From Catenuloplanes sp. (GTDB lineage: Bacteria > Actinomycetota > Actinomycetes > Mycobacteriales > Micromonosporaceae): DNA of 14,077 bases. Numbering within the stretch: the first letter of the stretch is position 1; each line of letters starts with the position of its first letter. Positions 12,237 through 14,077 of the stretch are shown piece by piece. The DNA lies in NCBI GenBank assembly GCA_036386695.1, contig DASVVF010001057.1, positions 1 to 14,077 of the forward strand, in the 5' to 3' direction. The translations under genes and the position numbers were made by a program. The notes below the pieces were generated by a model. It was given only the letters and a program-made list of their open reading frames with translations. It had not been told where the DNA came from and did not search any database.

Positions 12237-14077
12237 ATGGTCGGACTTCGGCGGTTACTCCGCCCAGCGTTGCTCGGCGCCACGGCGGCCATGCTCGTCG
12301 CATCCACCGTGACATTCGCCCCTTCCGCCGCTGCCGCGATCGGGGACGGCGGCCCGGCCGACGCCAACATCAGATACCTCGGTCGCTGGGACCCGCCCAG
12401 CGCCACCACCGCCGTCGGCCACTGGTCGGCGCCGTATCTACGGGCCGCCTTCACCGGCACCACGATCCGGGTGAAGCTGCGCGACCGCGCGAACATCTAC
12501 GTCAGCATCGACGGCCAACCCGACGTGTTCCACCAGGGCGTCCGGGGCACCGTCAACCTGACCCCGACACCGCTGGCCGCCGGCACCCACCAGCTCTGGA
12601 TCGCCTTCCGCGGCGGCGCCGCGTTCCAGGGCTTCGTGCTCGGCGCCGGCGCCGGCACCGTCGCGCCGACGGTGTCGGACACCCTGGTGGAGTACGTCGG
12701 GGACTCGATCACATTCGGCGCGACCTCCTCGAAGCTCACCGTCACGTCGTACGGCTGGGTCGCCAGCGAACAGCTCGGGGTGGAGCACGCCACGGTGGCC
12801 CGGTCGGGCGGCTGCCTGGTCAGCCGGCCGGACTGCTTCGGGCTGAGCGTCAACTACGTCAGGAAAGGCGTCGGCCTCACCGAGGACTGGGACTTCGCCC
12901 GGTACCGGGCGGACGCCGTAGTGATCAACATGGGTACCAACGACGCCGGCCGGGGCGTGACCGCCGCCGACTTCGGCTCGGCGTACCTGCGGTTCCTGCG
13001 CGACATCCGGGCCAGGCGGCCGAACGCCGCGCTGTTCGTCTTCCAGAACTTCCGGCAGCGTTACGTGGCCGAACACCAGGCGGCGGTCCGGACGCTCCAC
13101 GCGGCCGGCGACCTGAACGTCCACTACGTCGGCACCGCGGGTTGGCTCACCGACGCGGACTACACCGACGGCGGACATCCCAACGACGCCGGCCACCGCA
13201 AGGTCGCCGACCGGCTGGCACCCATCCTGGCCCCGCACCTGGGCGGGCCGACGGCGGCGGTCGGGGATGGCAGCACCACCGACCCGAACATCGCCTTCGT
13301 CGGGCGGTGGGACCGCGGTTCGACCACCGCGTTCGTGTCGAACTGGGCCGGGGCGTACCTGCGCACCGGTTTCACCGGCACGACCGTGCGGCTGCGCCAG
13401 CGCAACCCGGTGGACCTGTGGGCGAGCATCGACGGCGGCGAGTTCGTCAGCTTCCGGAACGTCTCCGGCACGGTCAATTTGACCCCGACCCCGCGCAGCG
13501 CCGGCAACCACACGCTGATGGTGAGTTACCGGCAGGTGGCCGGGGCGTACCGGGGGGACGCCGTCTTCACCGGGCTCACCCTGGACCCGGGCGCCCGGAC
13601 CTACGCCCTGCCGGTCCGACCCGGGCTGGTCGAATTCGTCGGTGACTCGATCACCGCGGGCGCCACCAGCAGCAAACTCGCCGTCACCGACTACGCCTTC
13701 GTGGTCGGCGAACGCCTCGGCGTCGACCACACCCAGATCACCATCGGGGGGATGTGTCTGGCCGAAACGGCCGACGGGTGCTGGGGGCACGAGGGCCGGT
13801 ACTTCCTGACCAACGGCACACTGGGCACGGCGGCCTGGGACTTCTCCCGCTACCAGGCGGAGGCGGTGGTGATCAACCTGGGCACGAACGACCGCAGCCA
13901 CGGCGTGGCGGCGGCGGACTTCCAGGCGAAGTACACCACGTTCCTGCGCGATGTCCGGGCGAGGTACCCGAGGGCGGCGCTGCTGGCGCTACGCACCTTC
14001 ATCGGCCGGTACGCGGCCGAGACCGAGGCGGCGGTACGGGCCCGCAACGCCGCCGGCGACGCCAACGTCCACTATGT
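12237..14077 (+). CDS. Secreted tandem-duplicated SGNH/GDSL hydrolase (carbohydrate-esterase-like; each unit is a ~110-aa beta-module plus an SGNH domain). 3'-truncated by the window edge and not present in the supplied ORF track.
   Basis: ATG 12237 gives MVGLRRLLRPALLGATAAMLVASTVTFAPSAAAA, a Sec signal peptide with Ala-X-Ala. Unit 1 has GDSIT (Ser codon at 12705-12707), GTND and DGGHPND (His codon at 13176-13178). Unit 2 has GDSIT (Ser codon at 13647-13649) and GTND, with its DxxH beyond the window end. GC3 is high and there is no stop in frame to 14077. The antisense ORF 12438..13901 is rejected. Confidence 0.8.
   Translation, partial: MVGLRRLLRPALLGATAAMLVASTVTFAPSAAAAIGDGGPADANIRYLGRWDPPSATTAVGHWSAPYLRAAFTGTTIRVKLRDRANIYVSIDGQPDVFHQGVRGTVNLTPTPLAAGTHQLWIAFRGGAAFQGFVLGAGAGTVAPTVSDTLVEYVGDSITFGATSSKLTVTSYGWVASEQLGVEHATVARSGGCLVSRPDCFGLSVNYVRKGVGLTEDWDFARYRADAVVINMGTNDAGRGVTAADFGSAYLRFLRDIRARRPNAALFVFQNFRQRYVAEHQAAVRTLHAAGDLNVHYVGTAGWLTDADYTDGGHPNDAGHRKVADRLAPILAPHLGGPTAAVGDGSTTDPNIAFVGRWDRGSTTAFVSNWAGAYLRTGFTGTTVRLRQRNPVDLWASIDGGEFVSFRNVSGTVNLTPTPRSAGNHTLMVSYRQVAGAYRGDAVFTGLTLDPGARTYALPVRPGLVEFVGDSITAGATSSKLAVTDYAFVVGERLGVDHTQITIGGMCLAETADGCWGHEGRYFLTNGTLGTAAWDFSRYQAEAVVINLGTNDRSHGVAAADFQAKYTTFLRDVRARYPRAALLALRTFIGRYAAETEAAVRARNAAGDANVHY

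Noticed and set aside
12043-12312. 89-aa + ORF in the intergenic/5' region of the SGNH gene
   Set aside because: It is in a different frame from the signal-peptide-bearing ATG at 12237 and spans the predicted promoter and leader, with no SD or motifs. Likely spurious.
12438-13901. 487-aa - strand ORF across the SGNH region
   Set aside because: It is antisense to a + frame that has a signal peptide and two sets of GDS/GTND/DxxH catalytic blocks. Its own translation is Gly/Arg/Pro/Val-rich low complexity.
1-14077. Mobile elements, integrases, tRNA/rRNA genes
   Set aside because: No transposase- or integrase-like ORFs, no terminal inverted repeats or target-site duplications, and no tRNA cloverleaf candidates were found. 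GC content appears uniform across the window.

Overview
This window is very high-GC actinomycete-type chromosomal DNA: strong G/C bias at codon third positions, GTG starts, and long stop-free antisense frames. I support seven genes.

- **Gene 1, + strand, 2..1516 (5'-truncated):** a repeat-rich membrane protein. It is open from base 2, has DGTTV pentapeptide repeats encoded by a perfect 15-bp tandem repeat, one TM helix, three PANGGPAGGA repeats and a beta-rich C-terminal domain.
- **Genes 2–4, - strand, 9406→1589:** a tightly packed three-gene operon.
  - An NfeD/YqiJ-like membrane protein.
  - A 713-aa flotillin (SPFH/YqiK-like) with a long Ala/Glu-rich coiled coil.
  - A 1645-aa protein with an N-terminal beta-rich region, a ~700-aa helical middle and a C-terminal AAA+ ATPase. 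Walker A is LISPPGYGKTT and Walker B is VLLYLDD.
  - The flotillin stop and the ATPase GTG start overlap as GTGA.
  - This NfeD + flotillin + giant AAA+ module is the most interesting candidate system in the window.
- **Gene 5, + strand, 9691..11277:** a cytoplasmic GH13 alpha-glucosidase with all four conserved GH13 regions.
- **Gene 6, + strand, about 11373..11867:** a small DUF309-like protein with a C-terminal LTGADE tandem repeat.
- **Gene 7, + strand, 12237..14077 (3'-truncated, absent from the ORF track):** a secreted protein built from two tandem copies of a beta-module plus an SGNH/GDSL hydrolase unit. It has a signal peptide, and each copy carries GDSIT and GTND; the first copy also has DGGHPND, while the second copy's DxxH lies beyond the window end.

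Most other long ORFs in the track are antisense artefacts of GC-rich DNA. I found no rRNA, tRNA, CRISPR array or obvious mobile element.
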